This document shows, one piece after another, positions 38,025 through 50,200 of a stretch of DNA of 64,000 nt. The DNA is from Candidatus Gottesmanbacteria bacterium (GTDB lineage Bacteria; Patescibacteriota; Microgenomatia; JAMCYU01), in NCBI GenBank assembly GCA_043801155.1, contig JAZDMI010000021.1, forward strand, positions 130,683 to 194,682, in the 5' to 3' direction. Below the pieces are notes generated by a model. It did not search any database and had not been told where the DNA came from. It saw nothing but the letters and a program-made list of their open reading frames with translations. The translations under genes were made by a program, and so were the position numbers. How positions within the stretch are numbered: the stretch's first letter is position 1; every line of letters starts with the position of its first letter.

Positions 38025-38263
38025 AGGTATTTAAAAAATTTATTAACAAACTTGAAACCGGATCAAAACAAGAAATATATCGATATGTATTTTTAACTTT
38101 TCTAATTGGTTTTTTGATTGGATTTTGTTCCGGGCTTTCTTTTCGTGAAATTAGACTAAATATGTTATCTAGTAAAAAAAGAATTCAGGCAATTACCGAA
38201 GCAAAGAGCCTTAAAAATCTTTTTCAAGAGATTCCGGTGGCAACATCTTATCCTAAAAAATAA
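38021..38263 (+). CDS. Small hypothetical membrane protein
   Basis: ATGA overlap with the previous stop; one TM. Confidence 0.55.
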   Translation: MKVFKKFINKLETGSKQEIYRYVFLTFLIGFLIGFCSGLSFREIRLNMLSSKKRIQAITEAKSLKNLFQEIPVATSYPKK

Positions 38264-38297
38264 ACTTACAAATATCCCAAAACCTAAATAAAATGGC

Positions 38298-38978
38298 ATG
38301 GTCAAATTTGAACACGTTTGCAAAAAATTTGGTAGTAGTCTAGCGTTGGATGATATTAGTTTTGTAATTGATGATAGTGAGTTTACTTTCATAACCGGCC
38401 CGTCGGGTGCCGGTAAAACCACAATTTTAAAGTTAATTATAAGAGAATTGATTCCTACTTCCGGTCAAATATTCCTCGATCAATGGCAGCTATCAAAAAT
38501 TAAATCCCGTGACATTCCTAAACTTCGTCGGAAAGTTGCGGTCGTTTTTCAGGATTTTCGGCTTCTTTTTGACAGAACTGTATTCGAAAATGTGGCTATT
38601 GTTTTGGAGCTTCGTGGTTTATCTGATAAAGAAATTGATAAGAAAGTGAAAAATGTCTTGGAGTTAACATCATTGACTAATAAGTCTAATCTTTTTCCGG
38701 CACAATTAGCTGGCGGAGAACTGCAAAGAACTTGTTTGGCACGAGCCCTAGTTGGTAAACCAGAGATTCTTTTAGCTGACGAACCAACTGGTAATTTAGA
38801 CCCAGCCACAGGTTGGGAAATCTTGGAGCTTTTAACACAAATTAACAAAATGGGCACCAGTGTTATTATGGCGACACATAATATGGATATTGTTAATTCA
38901 TTAAAGAAACGTGTCATTTCTGTAAACGGCGGTAAAATATTTAAAGATCAAAAAGAAAGTAAATATGAAATTATTTAA
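38298..38978 (+). CDS. ftsE: Cell division ATP-binding protein FtsE
   Basis: GPSGAGKTT, VVFQDFRLL, ADEPTGNLD. Confidence 0.95.
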   Translation: MVKFEHVCKKFGSSLALDDISFVIDDSEFTFITGPSGAGKTTILKLIIRELIPTSGQIFLDQWQLSKIKSRDIPKLRRKVAVVFQDFRLLFDRTVFENVAIVLELRGLSDKEIDKKVKNVLELTSLTNKSNLFPAQLAGGELQRTCLARALVGKPEILLADEPTGNLDPATGWEILELLTQINKMGTSVIMATHNMDIVNSLKKRVISVNGGKIFKDQKESKYEII

Positions 38979-39834
38979 AACAACCTGGAAGCATATAAGA
39001 CGTTCACCATATCAGGCTTTAGCAGCAGTATGTATTATGACTTTAACCCTTTTCGTAAGTAGTATTTTTTTTCTAGTCGCTGTTGGCTCAAATATCATTT
39101 TGTCTCATTTTGAGACTAAGCCTCAGATTACGGCTTTTTTTACCGATGAAAAACCAGAAAAGGAAATTACCAGTTTACAGGAAAAGCTAAAATCTACTGG
39201 TAAAGTATCTGCTATTAAGTATGTGTCTAAAGAAGAAGCCCTAGCCATTTATCGGGAACAGAATAAGAATGATCCGCTCCTTTTAGAAATGGTGACGGCC
39301 AATATTTTACCTGCCTCAATTGAAGTATCAGCTAAAGATGTAGCCAATTTGGCTGACCTGGCTAAAATATTACAGGGTGAAGCGGGGATTCAGGAAGTCG
39401 TTTATCAAAAAGATGTCGTTGATGCATTTGTGGCGTGGACAAATGCCATCAGAAAAATTGGTCTTACCCTTGTTGGCTCATTAGCCGTAGTAGCACTTTT
39501 AATTATTCTAACAATTATTGCTATGAAAATAGCTTTGAGAAAGGAGGAAATTGAAATCTTAAGGATGATTGGAGCCTCAAATTGGTATATAAGGTTACCG
39601 TTTTTATTCGAGGGAATATTTTATGGAATAATCGGAGCCATTATTTCTTGGATGTTTTCTTATCTATTACTATTATATGCTACTCCCTTTCTTTCTTCAT
39701 TCCTGGTTGGAATTCCGATTTTACCGGTGTCACCGCTTTTCATGCTGGCACTTCTTGGAGGAATGGTATTAGCCGGAGCACTAGTTGGAGTGATTGGTAG
39801 TTTTATAGCAGTTTGGCGATATTTAAAGTCATAA
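38965..39834 (+). CDS. ftsX: Cell division permease FtsX
   Basis: YVSKEEAL, EIEILRMIGASNWYIRLPFLFEG. Confidence 0.93.
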   Translation: MKLFKTTWKHIRRSPYQALAAVCIMTLTLFVSSIFFLVAVGSNIILSHFETKPQITAFFTDEKPEKEITSLQEKLKSTGKVSAIKYVSKEEALAIYREQNKNDPLLLEMVTANILPASIEVSAKDVANLADLAKILQGEAGIQEVVYQKDVVDAFVAWTNAIRKIGLTLVGSLAVVALLIILTIIAMKIALRKEEIEILRMIGASNWYIRLPFLFEGIFYGIIGAIISWMFSYLLLLYATPFLSSFLVGIPILPVSPLFMLALLGGMVLAGALVGVIGSFIAVWRYLKS

Positions 39835-39858
39835 ATTCGCGTATACTTTTAAATAAGC

Positions 39859-41034
39859 ATGAAATCCTTCATTAGTATTTTTTTAATAAATTGCCTTCTT
39901 CTATTTATTTTGTCTTTTCCGGTTTGGGCCATTACTGAAGATGAATGTCTCCAAAAAGGCACACCCCAAGATAAAATTAATTGTTGGACTGATCTGATAA
40001 CCCAAACTAATAAAAGAGAAGAAAGTCTTAAAAATGAAATTATTAAATTTAACGCCAATATCGCTCTTACCTCAGCCCAAATACAAAAAACCCAAGGTGA
40101 AATTGTAAAATTGGGAGAAGAAATTGATGAACTAGCAACAAAGATCGGCAGGCTTGAAGAATCTTTGGGTCAATTATCCAACGTACTTTTAGAAAGGATT
40201 ATTGAGACTTATATAAGAGGAAATATTAAACCGATAGAACTTCTTTTCTCGGCTAATGGTTTTTCCGATTTCTTGACCCGGCTTAAGTATATAAGGACAG
40301 TCCAATCACATGATAAAAAACTTATGTTTGATATGCAGGAGACAAAGGATGATTATACTGATCAACGGCAAATCAGGGAAGAAAAAAAGATCCAACAAGA
40401 AAATCTCCGGTTACAGTTAGAAAAGCAAAAAGTTTTACTGGCACAACAGATGAAAGACAAAGAGACACTTTTAGAAGTTACCAGGAATGATGAACGTCGC
40501 TATCAAGATCTTTTAAGCGCCGCCAGAGCCGAACAAGAAGCATTATTAAGAATTTTAGCTGGACAAGGAGAAGCAGCTAAAGTTGGCGATATCAAAAGCG
40601 GAGATTCTATAGGAACAATAATTTCCGGAGCATCGCCATGTTCAACCGGAACCCATCTGCATTTTGAAGTTGTTGTTTCCGGATCAACAACTAACCCGGC
40701 TAATTATCTAAAAAATATCTCTTTATCATATGATTATAATACGGGAAACATACCTGAATTTATTAATCCAACGGGATCATGGGATTGGCCGGTTGATGAA
40801 CCGATAATGATTGAACAAATTTATGGTATGTCTTATTGGGCTAGAGTTTTGAATTATTATAATGGTAGTCCTCATTCAGGCATTGATATGGTTTCAAAAT
40901 CTAGTGCAAAGGTGAAAGCGGTGCGGGATGGAATATTATATCGGGGAGGAATTGCCTGCGGTGGCGGTACATTGCCCTTTGTCAGAGTAGATCAGTCTGA
41001 CAATATCCAGACTTATTATTTACACATTTATTAA
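39859..41034 (+). CDS. Secreted coiled-coil protein with a permuted M23 peptidase domain (FtsEX partner)
   Basis: Signal peptide, long coiled coil, HLHFEV preceding HSGID and YYLH. Confidence 0.85.
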   Translation: MKSFISIFLINCLLLFILSFPVWAITEDECLQKGTPQDKINCWTDLITQTNKREESLKNEIIKFNANIALTSAQIQKTQGEIVKLGEEIDELATKIGRLEESLGQLSNVLLERIIETYIRGNIKPIELLFSANGFSDFLTRLKYIRTVQSHDKKLMFDMQETKDDYTDQRQIREEKKIQQENLRLQLEKQKVLLAQQMKDKETLLEVTRNDERRYQDLLSAARAEQEALLRILAGQGEAAKVGDIKSGDSIGTIISGASPCSTGTHLHFEVVVSGSTTNPANYLKNISLSYDYNTGNIPEFINPTGSWDWPVDEPIMIEQIYGMSYWARVLNYYNGSPHSGIDMVSKSSAKVKAVRDGILYRGGIACGGGTLPFVRVDQSDNIQTYYLHIY

Positions 41035-41043
41035 GAAGAGCCA

Positions 41044-41934
41044 ATGATTCGATTAGTCGGGATAGTCTTTTCTTTTGTTTTTATCTTGTTATTTTCTTCT
41101 AGTTTAATATTTGCTTCTACCTTAAGTCTATCTAGCCAGATGACTTCTTTAAATAATTTAGATGAAGAATATCTTGCCAATATTACGTTATCGATTAATG
41201 CCTCTGATGATACCGTTTATTATCTACGGGGTGTTTTCCACAAACAAGGAAGTTCCAATTATTGTGGTTATACATGGAATGGTACAAGCTGGTTTAGCGG
41301 ACCATATACAACTAATGAAGGATGGAAAGATTTTTTAAGTATTACCATCAAAGATAGTTCATGGTCGGGAGAACTAAAGGCAAAGATTGATCCACAAGAT
41401 TCCGGTTGTCAAGATACGGGTGCATACTTTTTTAAAGTTCAGAGATTTACTCAAAATAGTTCATCGGGTACGTTTGATCCTCAAGACGAGTTATCAATTA
41501 ATATAAATATTCCATCTCCGACACCATCCCCGGTTTCTTCCCCAACAGCAACACCACTGCCAGTAACGACAACGTCTCTAACATCTACTCCTAAACCGTC
41601 AGCCACGAGTCATCAATTATCAAGCCCGACTCCAACTCCAAAACCTACGGCTTCTCCGCTAAAATCTTTAACTCCTTCATCGACGGCTTCTTATTCGGGC
41701 CAACTTTTATCGACAGCTGCCTCAACAGTAGCGGCGATATTATCTGTAGAATCTGCTACGGTTGCCGGAACGACATCAAGTTTATTAACGACGTCGTTTG
41801 ATAAACCAATAAATAGTAATTCTCCTGGTCAAAATATCATACTCAAATCACTTTTAATTCTAGTTATTTTGGCTAGTATAGGTATGGTTTTATCAGCCTT
41901 TTGGATTCATAAAAGGAAACAGGGTATAATCTAA
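41044..41934 (+). CDS. Hypothetical surface protein (signal peptide, Pro/Ser/Thr linker, C-terminal TM)
   Basis: Sequence composition. Confidence 0.75.
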   Translation: MIRLVGIVFSFVFILLFSSSLIFASTLSLSSQMTSLNNLDEEYLANITLSINASDDTVYYLRGVFHKQGSSNYCGYTWNGTSWFSGPYTTNEGWKDFLSITIKDSSWSGELKAKIDPQDSGCQDTGAYFFKVQRFTQNSSSGTFDPQDELSININIPSPTPSPVSSPTATPLPVTTTSLTSTPKPSATSHQLSSPTPTPKPTASPLKSLTPSSTASYSGQLLSTAASTVAAILSVESATVAGTTSSLLTTSFDKPINSNSPGQNIILKSLLILVILASIGMVLSAFWIHKRKQGII

Positions 41935-41937
41935 AAC

Positions 41938-42324
41938 ATGGATAAAAGATTAATCTTATTATGGTTGCCGGTTATTATTTGGTGTGGCATTATATTTTAT
42001 TTATCAAGCCTACAGGTAAAACCGCCAACCGGAACATGGCTGGATATTGTTTTACCTTATATTGTTCATCTTGGCGAATATGGAATTTTATTTACATTAA
42101 CATGGCGGGCAAGTAAGAATCTCTATGGTTCGATTATCTTTGTCATTATCTATGCTTTTTCCGATGAAATTCATCAGGCTTTTGTACCTACCCGTACTCC
42201 GGATCTTTTAGACGTCACTACTGATATAATAGGAATGTTGTTTGCATGGTTATTAATATGGAAGTTCTTACCAAAAACGCCCAAGAAACTCAAAAACTTG
42301 GCCAAGAGCTGGCAAATAATCTAA
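41938..42324 (+). CDS. VanZ family membrane protein
   Basis: HLGEYGIL, SDEIHQAFVPTR...D. Confidence 0.88.
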   Translation: MDKRLILLWLPVIIWCGIIFYLSSLQVKPPTGTWLDIVLPYIVHLGEYGILFTLTWRASKNLYGSIIFVIIYAFSDEIHQAFVPTRTPDLLDVTTDIIGMLFAWLLIWKFLPKTPKKLKNLAKSWQII

Positions 42325-42710
42325 GCTTCGGCAAGCTGCGCTCAAGAAGACACGCCAGAGTGGTTTGTCTCTATGGCGAATTGGGTAGTGGCAAAACCAC
42401 TTTTACGCAGGGAGTAGCTGCTGGTTTAGGAATTAAACAGCGGATTACTTCACCGACGTTTGTATATATCCGTAACTATACCCTATACCCTAGCCCCTAT
42501 ACCCTATATCATATCGATCTTTACAGGATAGAATCTTTAAATGATGCCAAAGCCTTGGGTATTGAAGAAATATTACAAAATAAGAATAATATTGTTTTAA
42601 TTGAATGGCCGGAAAAAATAAAAGATATCCTGCCTAACAAAAGAACAGAAATTTATTTTGAGTATTTGAGTGAAAACGAGAGAAAATTAACAATCAAAGA
42701 ATACCAATAA
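42258..42710 (+). CDS. tsaE: t6A biosynthesis ATPase TsaE
   Basis: GELGSGKTT, SPTF, HIDLYR, IEWPE. Confidence 0.93.
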   Translation: MEVLTKNAQETQKLGQELANNLSFGKLRSRRHARVVCLYGELGSGKTTFTQGVAAGLGIKQRITSPTFVYIRNYTLYPSPYTLYHIDLYRIESLNDAKALGIEEILQNKNNIVLIEWPEKIKDILPNKRTEIYFEYLSENERKLTIKEYQ

Positions 42711-42719
42711 AGTAAATAT

Positions 42720-43292
42720 ATGGAAAATGTTGATAGAGCAATAAAAATAATAAATAAAGGTGGAATAATTATTTTTCCTACTGATACGGCTTTTGGAATT
42801 GGGTCCCGTATGGATAACGAGAAAAGTGTGGAGCGCCTGTTTAAGATTAGGCAAAGACCGGTAAACATGGCTGTTCCAGTTCTGGTTAGTTCGATAGACA
42901 TGGCGCAAAAATATTTACAGCCGATAGGGGACGAGGTTAAAAAATTGATGACAAAATACTGGCCCGGAGCCTTAACTGTCATTTTACCTTGTAAACCAGA
43001 ATTGGTGCCTGGTTTAGTCCGCGGCGGAGGTCAAACCCTAGGCGTACGCATGCCTAACCATGAGGTCCCTCTATATATTATAAATAGTATAGGCGTGCCT
43101 ATCTTAGGATCCTCGGCCAATTTTCATGGTCAATCCACGCCTTATAAGACTCAAGATTTGAGTCCAGAATTGATAAAAATGGTGGATTATGTAATTCCTG
43201 GGGAATGTCAGCTTGGTATGGCCTCAACAGTAATTGACTGTTCAGTTAAACCATGGAAAATTATTAGACAAGGAGCTGTAAAGATATCATAA
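42720..43292 (+). CDS. tsaC: Threonylcarbamoyl-AMP synthase (YrdC/Sua5)
   Basis: FPTDTAFG, WPGALT, RMP, SAN, STVID. Confidence 0.92.
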   Translation: MENVDRAIKIINKGGIIIFPTDTAFGIGSRMDNEKSVERLFKIRQRPVNMAVPVLVSSIDMAQKYLQPIGDEVKKLMTKYWPGALTVILPCKPELVPGLVRGGGQTLGVRMPNHEVPLYIINSIGVPILGSSANFHGQSTPYKTQDLSPELIKMVDYVIPGECQLGMASTVIDCSVKPWKIIRQGAVKIS

Positions 43293-43311
43293 TTATATAT
43301 GAATAAGTCTT

Positions 43312-43602
43312 ATGAAACTATTTATCGATACCGGAGATAATACGAAAACCATTGTTGGTTTAGATAATATTAGGTTAGAAAAGCCGACTGGACCGGATAA
43401 GTCACAGCAAGTCTTGGTTTTGATTGACCAATTACTTAAGGAAAACCATAAGCAGATTAAAGATATTACTGATATAGTAGTAAATATTGGTCCCGGTTCC
43501 TTTACCGGGCTTAGGGTCGGAATAACCGTGGCTAATACTTTAGCCTGGGTATTGAAAGTTTCGGTTAACGGAAAAGTAGCGGTTGAACCTCACTATGATT
43601 AA
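43312..43602 (+). CDS. tsaB: Short TsaB (N-terminal domain only)
   Basis: LFIDT, GPGSFTGLRVG. Confidence 0.85.
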   Translation: MKLFIDTGDNTKTIVGLDNIRLEKPTGPDKSQQVLVLIDQLLKENHKQIKDITDIVVNIGPGSFTGLRVGITVANTLAWVLKVSVNGKVAVEPHYD

Positions 43603-44200
43603 AAAATTACTATTTTTAACTCCATTATTAATATTAATCCTGTTTCTATACGGTGAAATAATTAAAAAAGAACTTGCTTATTGGTCTGATGACTTATGGG
43701 GGCAAAAACATTCTCTTGATAGTTCTTCCCAATGGCCTGAATCAGGAGTTATTCCGATTACGCCCATTAATAGAGATTTTTGTCTGGTGATTCCAAAAAT
43801 TAATCTAAATTCAGCCATAGTTAGTATAAATTCTGAAAATACTCCAGAGAATTTAACCGTGTTAAAGCAAGGATTGATACACACCAGGGAGAGTGCTTTT
43901 CCTGACCAAAGAGGACCAATTATAATTCTTGCCCATCTCCCTGATAATATTGTAAATTTATTGCATACCAATGTTTCATCATATCTATTTAATAAAATAG
44001 TTATTAATGACGAAATTGACTTATTTTACCTTAGTAAAAGGTATAAGTATTATGTTACCTATAAGATAATATTATCTACTGAAGATACAAAGGCCTATAT
44101 TAATAGTATCCAGAACAAGGATGTTTTAATATTACAAGCTTCCTATCCCCCAATATTACCATTTAAAAAATTGCTGATAATAGCTGATAAACAGAACTAA
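43595..44200 (+). CDS. Sortase-like protein lacking the catalytic Cys/Arg
   Basis: LVIPKINL, IILAH, LQASYPP versus TLMTCWPP in the paralog at 50894. Confidence 0.75.
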   Translation: MIKKLLFLTPLLILILFLYGEIIKKELAYWSDDLWGQKHSLDSSSQWPESGVIPITPINRDFCLVIPKINLNSAIVSINSENTPENLTVLKQGLIHTRESAFPDQRGPIIILAHLPDNIVNLLHTNVSSYLFNKIVINDEIDLFYLSKRYKYYVTYKIILSTEDTKAYINSIQNKDVLILQASYPPILPFKKLLIIADKQN

Positions 44201-44213
44201 AGCTCTATAATAT

Positions 44214-44242
44214 TTGACATAGGCCATTTGTATCGTTATAAT
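44214..44242 (+). promoter_or_regulatory. Consensus sigma70 promoter of the giant surface protein
   Basis: TTGACA-17-TATAAT. Confidence 0.85.
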
Positions 44243-44275
44243 CTATCCATATCTACTTACAAATTCTAGATTTAT

Positions 44276-47200
44276 ATGAACCATTTAGGAAAAGATAAAG
44301 TTTTTGCCTGGCTTTCCGTGTTTTCTCTGACACTCCAAATATTAAACGGAGTGTTTTTATTTTCTCCAATTTATGCACAGGAGCAAACTCCGCAATCATC
44401 TCCAGATACTATGGTTACACCCTCTCCTTCAGTTGAACAAACAAGTAATATTGAAGTTACTCCTATACCAGATGTTTCACCGACACCTGAAATAACACCG
44501 GAACCATCGCCGAGTTTAGAACCAACACCAGTTGCAACACCAGACGTAACTCCGATTCCTGATACAACAGTTTCTCCTAATAATCAACCAGAAGCGCCTC
44601 CATCTGCACAAGCGTTAGATCAAACTCAAGCATCGCCGGAACCGGGTATTTCTCCTTCAATATCTCCTTTGGCTGAACCAGATAAAGAAGATGGCCATAT
44701 TTCCGCGGCAATTTTAAAAGATACTAAAGCAGATTCAATCGATTTAATTGATTTGGATTTTCAGGCAGAGGGAAGCGCCGTCATAAATACTGATAAATTA
44801 GATTATGCCCCAACTGATACAGTTTTAGTCACTGGCACGGGATTTTTACCCGATAAAACTTACACTATAGAAATTACTTCTCAAGATCTACCAGCTGTAG
44901 CTTTTAATGCAGAAGTTAAATCTGATTCTGCTGGTAATCTTTTTTATTCATATCAACTCGATGGAAATTACAGGCCAAATTATAAGGTCGAGATAAAAAG
45001 ACACACAGAGATAATTGCATCAACTACGTTTACGGATTCTGTTCCCTTCGGACCAACATCGTCACAAAATATTGCATGTATGGGTGATCAACCAACTGCT
45101 CCTAGTGGACTTAACTGTACTGCAAATGATATTCAAATTGCATCTGTTGATAATATACACATTGTAGCCAGCGGTCCTGATCCTGCTCACCTTACTCCAA
45201 CAGCAAGTACAGAGTGTGATTATCCTGGTCAATATATACAATTTACTGCAAGTTGGCATGTAGAATCAACGGCTACTTCCCGGTATAATGTGGGACTTTG
45301 GTTTGCTAACCAAGGTCAAACAAACGCACTTCACGGAATGTGTTCAGCTTCTACTCTTCCGAGTTCTCCTAATCCTCCTTTTTTTGAAGATACCGATGAC
45401 ACCTGTGGAGATATCCATAGCGGCGAGATAGGAACAGTAACTCCTGATATTACCGTAATAGCTCAATGTAATGCCGCACCGGGTACAAATCAATTAAGCC
45501 TTCCTTACTGTACAAGCTGGGATCAGAATGAACGAGCAGGGAATGGTTGTAATAATCCCTCCGGAACTGTACCTGGAACTCCATCGAAATGTAGTTGTGA
45601 TAACGGATTCACAGTCCCAATTATTGTTCCGCCATCAATTGAAGTGGTGAAGTCACTTTCACCGTCAAATGACCCAGGTTTATTTAATTTATTAGTTAAT
45701 ACCGTTACTAAAAAAACAGATGCTGGAAATGGCGGGACAACGGGTAAAGTTGGAATAACATTAGGAAGCAATAGCTTTGGGGAAACAGCCGGAACAGGTA
45801 CAAATTTAAATAATTATACTTCAGTTGCATCATGTGTTCTTAGGGGAACACAAACAGCCGTTTCTGCAAGTCAAAGTGGCAATACTTGGACAATAGCTAA
45901 TATTACCAATGGTCAGGATATTCTTTGCACGATTACTAATACAAGGATTAACAATGCCTCAATTACTATAGTTAAAGATGCACAACCTAATAATTCACAA
46001 GATTTTCCTTTTACAACCACAGGATCTGGACTTTCTAGTTTTAGTCTGGACGATGATTCGGATCCAACGCTTTCAAACACAAAAGTCTTCACAGATTTAG
46101 GAAGTGGTATTTATACAGTTACGGAAGGGGTAGTAAGCGGTTGGACTACCAGTCAAATTAACTGCGTTGACCCAACACAAAATTCTTCCGGAAATCTTCC
46201 GACAGCTCCAGTCGCTACTATAAATTTAGCAGCCGGAGAATCGGTTACTTGTACTTTCATTAATACCCGCGATCAAGGCACGATTGAATTAAAGAAAGTC
46301 TGGTCAGGTACTGGCGGACAAACAACCTTAAATATTGGAACCACTCCTGCCGGAAACGATACCGATACTCAATTAACCGGAGTTGATGGCGTCGCCCCAT
46401 TAACAACGGGACAAAATCAAGTTAATACGGGTACATATTACATGTCAGAAGCCGGAGGTTTAGGAAATTACAGCTCATCAGCTCTTTCCTGTTTCAATGA
46501 TGCTAATAATAACGGAACGAATGATGGGGAATCAAACGTTACAGTGGGAATAAATAATAGTGTTGTTGTGGGTACAGGCCAGCATGTTATCTGTTCTTTT
46601 ACAAACACTCGTAATACCGGCACCATAAAAGTAATAAAAGATGTTTCTCCAGATGATCAAGGAGCAACATCTTGGGATTTTGCTATTAGTGGACCAACTA
46701 ATAACTCAGCGACATTAGTTGATGGTGGACAATCAAATGCTTTTACCTCTGACACAGGAAATTATACAGTTACAGAGACCGCACATACTGGTACCAATGG
46801 AAGTAATTACAATACAACCTATTCTTGTTCAGTAGTGACGAACGAAATTACTCATGGTAGCGGTAGAATTGCCACGTTCGCTTTAGCAACAAATCAGAAC
46901 GTTGTTTGTACATTCACCAATGCACTGCGGACCGGTCATATTATTGTTGATAAAATTACAGTGCCTTCCGGTGATGCTCAAAGCTTTACCTTTGCTACAA
47001 CCGGAACCGGTTATACAGGATTCAGCTTAACAGATGTTTCAACTCCGAACGATCAAGAACTTTTGATTGGAAATTATAGTGTAACAGAAACAGGAGTTAA
47101 TGGTTGGACATTAACAAATACTTCTTGTGTCAGCTCAATTCAAGATACAGAAACTGCCAATAATCTCGAGCTTGATGCAGGCGAAACAATAACTTGTACA

Positions 47201-50200
47201 TTTACCAATACCAAAAAAGGTTCAATTACTGCTTGTAAATACAATGATGTTAACGGCAATGGTGTAATAAATCAGGGTGATGATCAACTTCTTGATGGTT
47301 GGGAGATGACTTTAAATCCCGGAAATATAAAGCAATCAACAGTTAATGGTTGTACGACTTTCAGTAACTTGTTACCAGATAATTATTCTATTATTGAAAC
47401 TCTTCAGCCTGATTGGTCAAATACTTCTGGTGGGTTGACACAAAATATTTCTCTTACTGCTGGTGAGAATTCTACGGTTAATTTTTTAAATTTTGAACTT
47501 GGGGATATTACTGTATGCAAATATAATGACTATAACGGTAATGGTCAATACGAACCGCAAGATGATTTACCATTATCAAATATTTCGATTAATCTTTTTC
47601 AAGCGATAAACCTTCTTGATACAAAATCAACTGGTTTAAATGGCTGCGTTACTTTTAACGGATTAACAGCTGGTCAATATCGCGTCGCTGAAGATTATAA
47701 CGATCCAGATTTACTTGGATATTACTCGACAAATAATATAACCCATTATGATGTTAACATTGTCTCTGGTTCACAAGAAAACAGAATCTTTTTAAATACC
47801 CAATATCGGACTATTTCTGGCACAAAATACCATGATTTAAATAATAACGGAGCAAGAGATGCCGGGGAACCAGGTCTAGAAAATTGGACAATTTTCATTG
47901 ACTATAACAATAATAATGTTCTTGATGCCGGAGAACCATCAACCACCACCAATGTTAATGGTTATTACGAATTTACCAATTTAGCAGCTGATTCCTATAC
48001 CATAGCCGAAGGACTTAAACCTGGTTGGAACCAAACTCAACCTTCAACTGGTCATTATGATGTTGATGTTCATACGGCAGTTACCTCGACTGGTAATGAT
48101 TTTGGGAACCGCGGAGCATTATCCATTTTTGCATGTAAATTTGAAGATAGTAATGGTCTGCTTGCTGGTGGAAATTTTACACCAGTTACCAACTGGGACT
48201 TTACTCTCGGACAACAGACACAGAACACCGGATCCGGTCATTGCACAACCTTTAGTAATTTAATCCCAGGAGGTTATACAGTTAGCGAACCGTCACCTTT
48301 GCCCAATGGTTGGTTTTTTGCCGATGATTCACAAGGAAGCCGTTATGTAGTTCTGATTGATCAGAATAAGACAGTAAATTTCTTTAATTATCGAAAGGGT
48401 TCAATTACCGGTCAAAAATTTAATGATTTAAATGGTAACGGCAGTAAGAATGGGGGAGAATCTGGTTTACCCGGGTGGACAATTCATTTATTAGATACAA
48501 ACGATAATGTATTGCAGACAACCTTAACGGATGCTAGCGGAAACTTCATTTTTACCAATCTTGATCCAGGGACTTATCGTATCCGGGAAGTCGGACAAAC
48601 CAGCTGGCTACAAAAAACCACAAATCCGATTGATATTGTTTTAAGTAGTAATCAAGCTGTTACTGATATTGATTTTGGTAATCAGGGTAGGGGAATGATT
48701 ACAGTCTATAAAAATGTCGATACCAACGGAGATGGTCAAGTAGAAAACACCGGAGTAACTAATTGGACTTGGGATATTACCGCGGGCGAACAGAATATCG
48801 CCACCGGTCAGACAAGAACGCTGACGGCCGGAAATTATACAATTTCTGAAGACCAACAGGCTAATTATCATATAGTTGATTTAACCTGTGGGCAAACCAG
48901 TCTGGGGGCAATCGAAACAACCAATTTTGACCTAAACCCCGGTCAAGAAATTATTTGTACTTTTACAAATGCACGTGATACCGGAACAGTAATCGTTCAT
49001 AAGTTAGTGGATAGCAATAGTGATAATCAGTATGAGGGTGGAGATGACGATGCCAATAAATTAGGATTCAGGTGGAGTTTGAATAATGAAAATCCAGCCA
49101 CTCGAGATATGGGGACCAATGCCCAAGTAACTACGATAGACAGTCATCTTATTAATGAGAATAATGTACCCGGATATGTCTTTACCGGCTGGTTTAGCGG
49201 AGAAGGAACTTGTGGGGATTTACCTGCCAACCAACTTCAGCTTCCAGTGGACATTAGTCTTATAAGAAATGGTCAATCGAGATCAATTACGCTGTGTAAC
49301 CAACTTCAGAATCCAATTCTCACCATAACGAAGTCCAATAATGCTGGTGGAGATAAAAATCCCGGTGATAATGTTTTATTTACATTGACTGTTACCGCGA
49401 CACAAAGTGCAGTTAATAATGTTATTGTTTATGATCTTCCAGCTGGAGGGTTTAAGTATCGCAGCGGCTCCTGGACTGCCAACTCAAATGTACATGGTGT
49501 TCTTAGTATTCCCGAGCCTAATTATACATCTTCCGGTAAGTGGATTTTGGGAAATATGGCCAAAGACGAGACGATTACACTTACTTATCTTGCTGATATT
49601 GACAGCGGACAACAACCCGGTCTTTACAAAGATTTAGCTTGGGCAACCGGAAAATCGCTGTCTGATACAGATGTCTTGGCTCTAGCAGTTAATCCCGGGT
49701 ACTGGGATACTAATTATGTCGGTACGCAAGTCAATATCGTGAAAGAGCAGCAATCAGGTCTTACCGTTAATGTTGAAGGCAATAAAGAGGAACAGGTTCT
49801 TGGCGCCTCAACTCAATTGCCGGCGACCGGCGCCCAGAGTAAATGGCTTATTGCCGCCTTATTATTGCTAATTCTTGGATTAGTATCTATAATTTCGTCT
49901 ACTTTTATGAAAAAAGGAAAAAAACACTTATTCTTAATTGCTATTCTATTTGTTTTAATGAATATTATGTTAGCTGGTAATGTACTGGCGGCTAGCTTAA
50001 CGGTTCGGATTGAAGAGCCAAAAACACCGACTAATCAAAATAATTTTAAAATTAATTTTGTTACCCTGGATATTGCCGGCCGTGTTATTACCGCAAATTG
50101 TTTTGTTAAAGGACCTTCAGACGCAGGTTTTAGTCAATTTGGACCTGATATAAGTCTTCCTAATGGAGGAAATAATGGAAATTGTAATGTTGATTCAACC

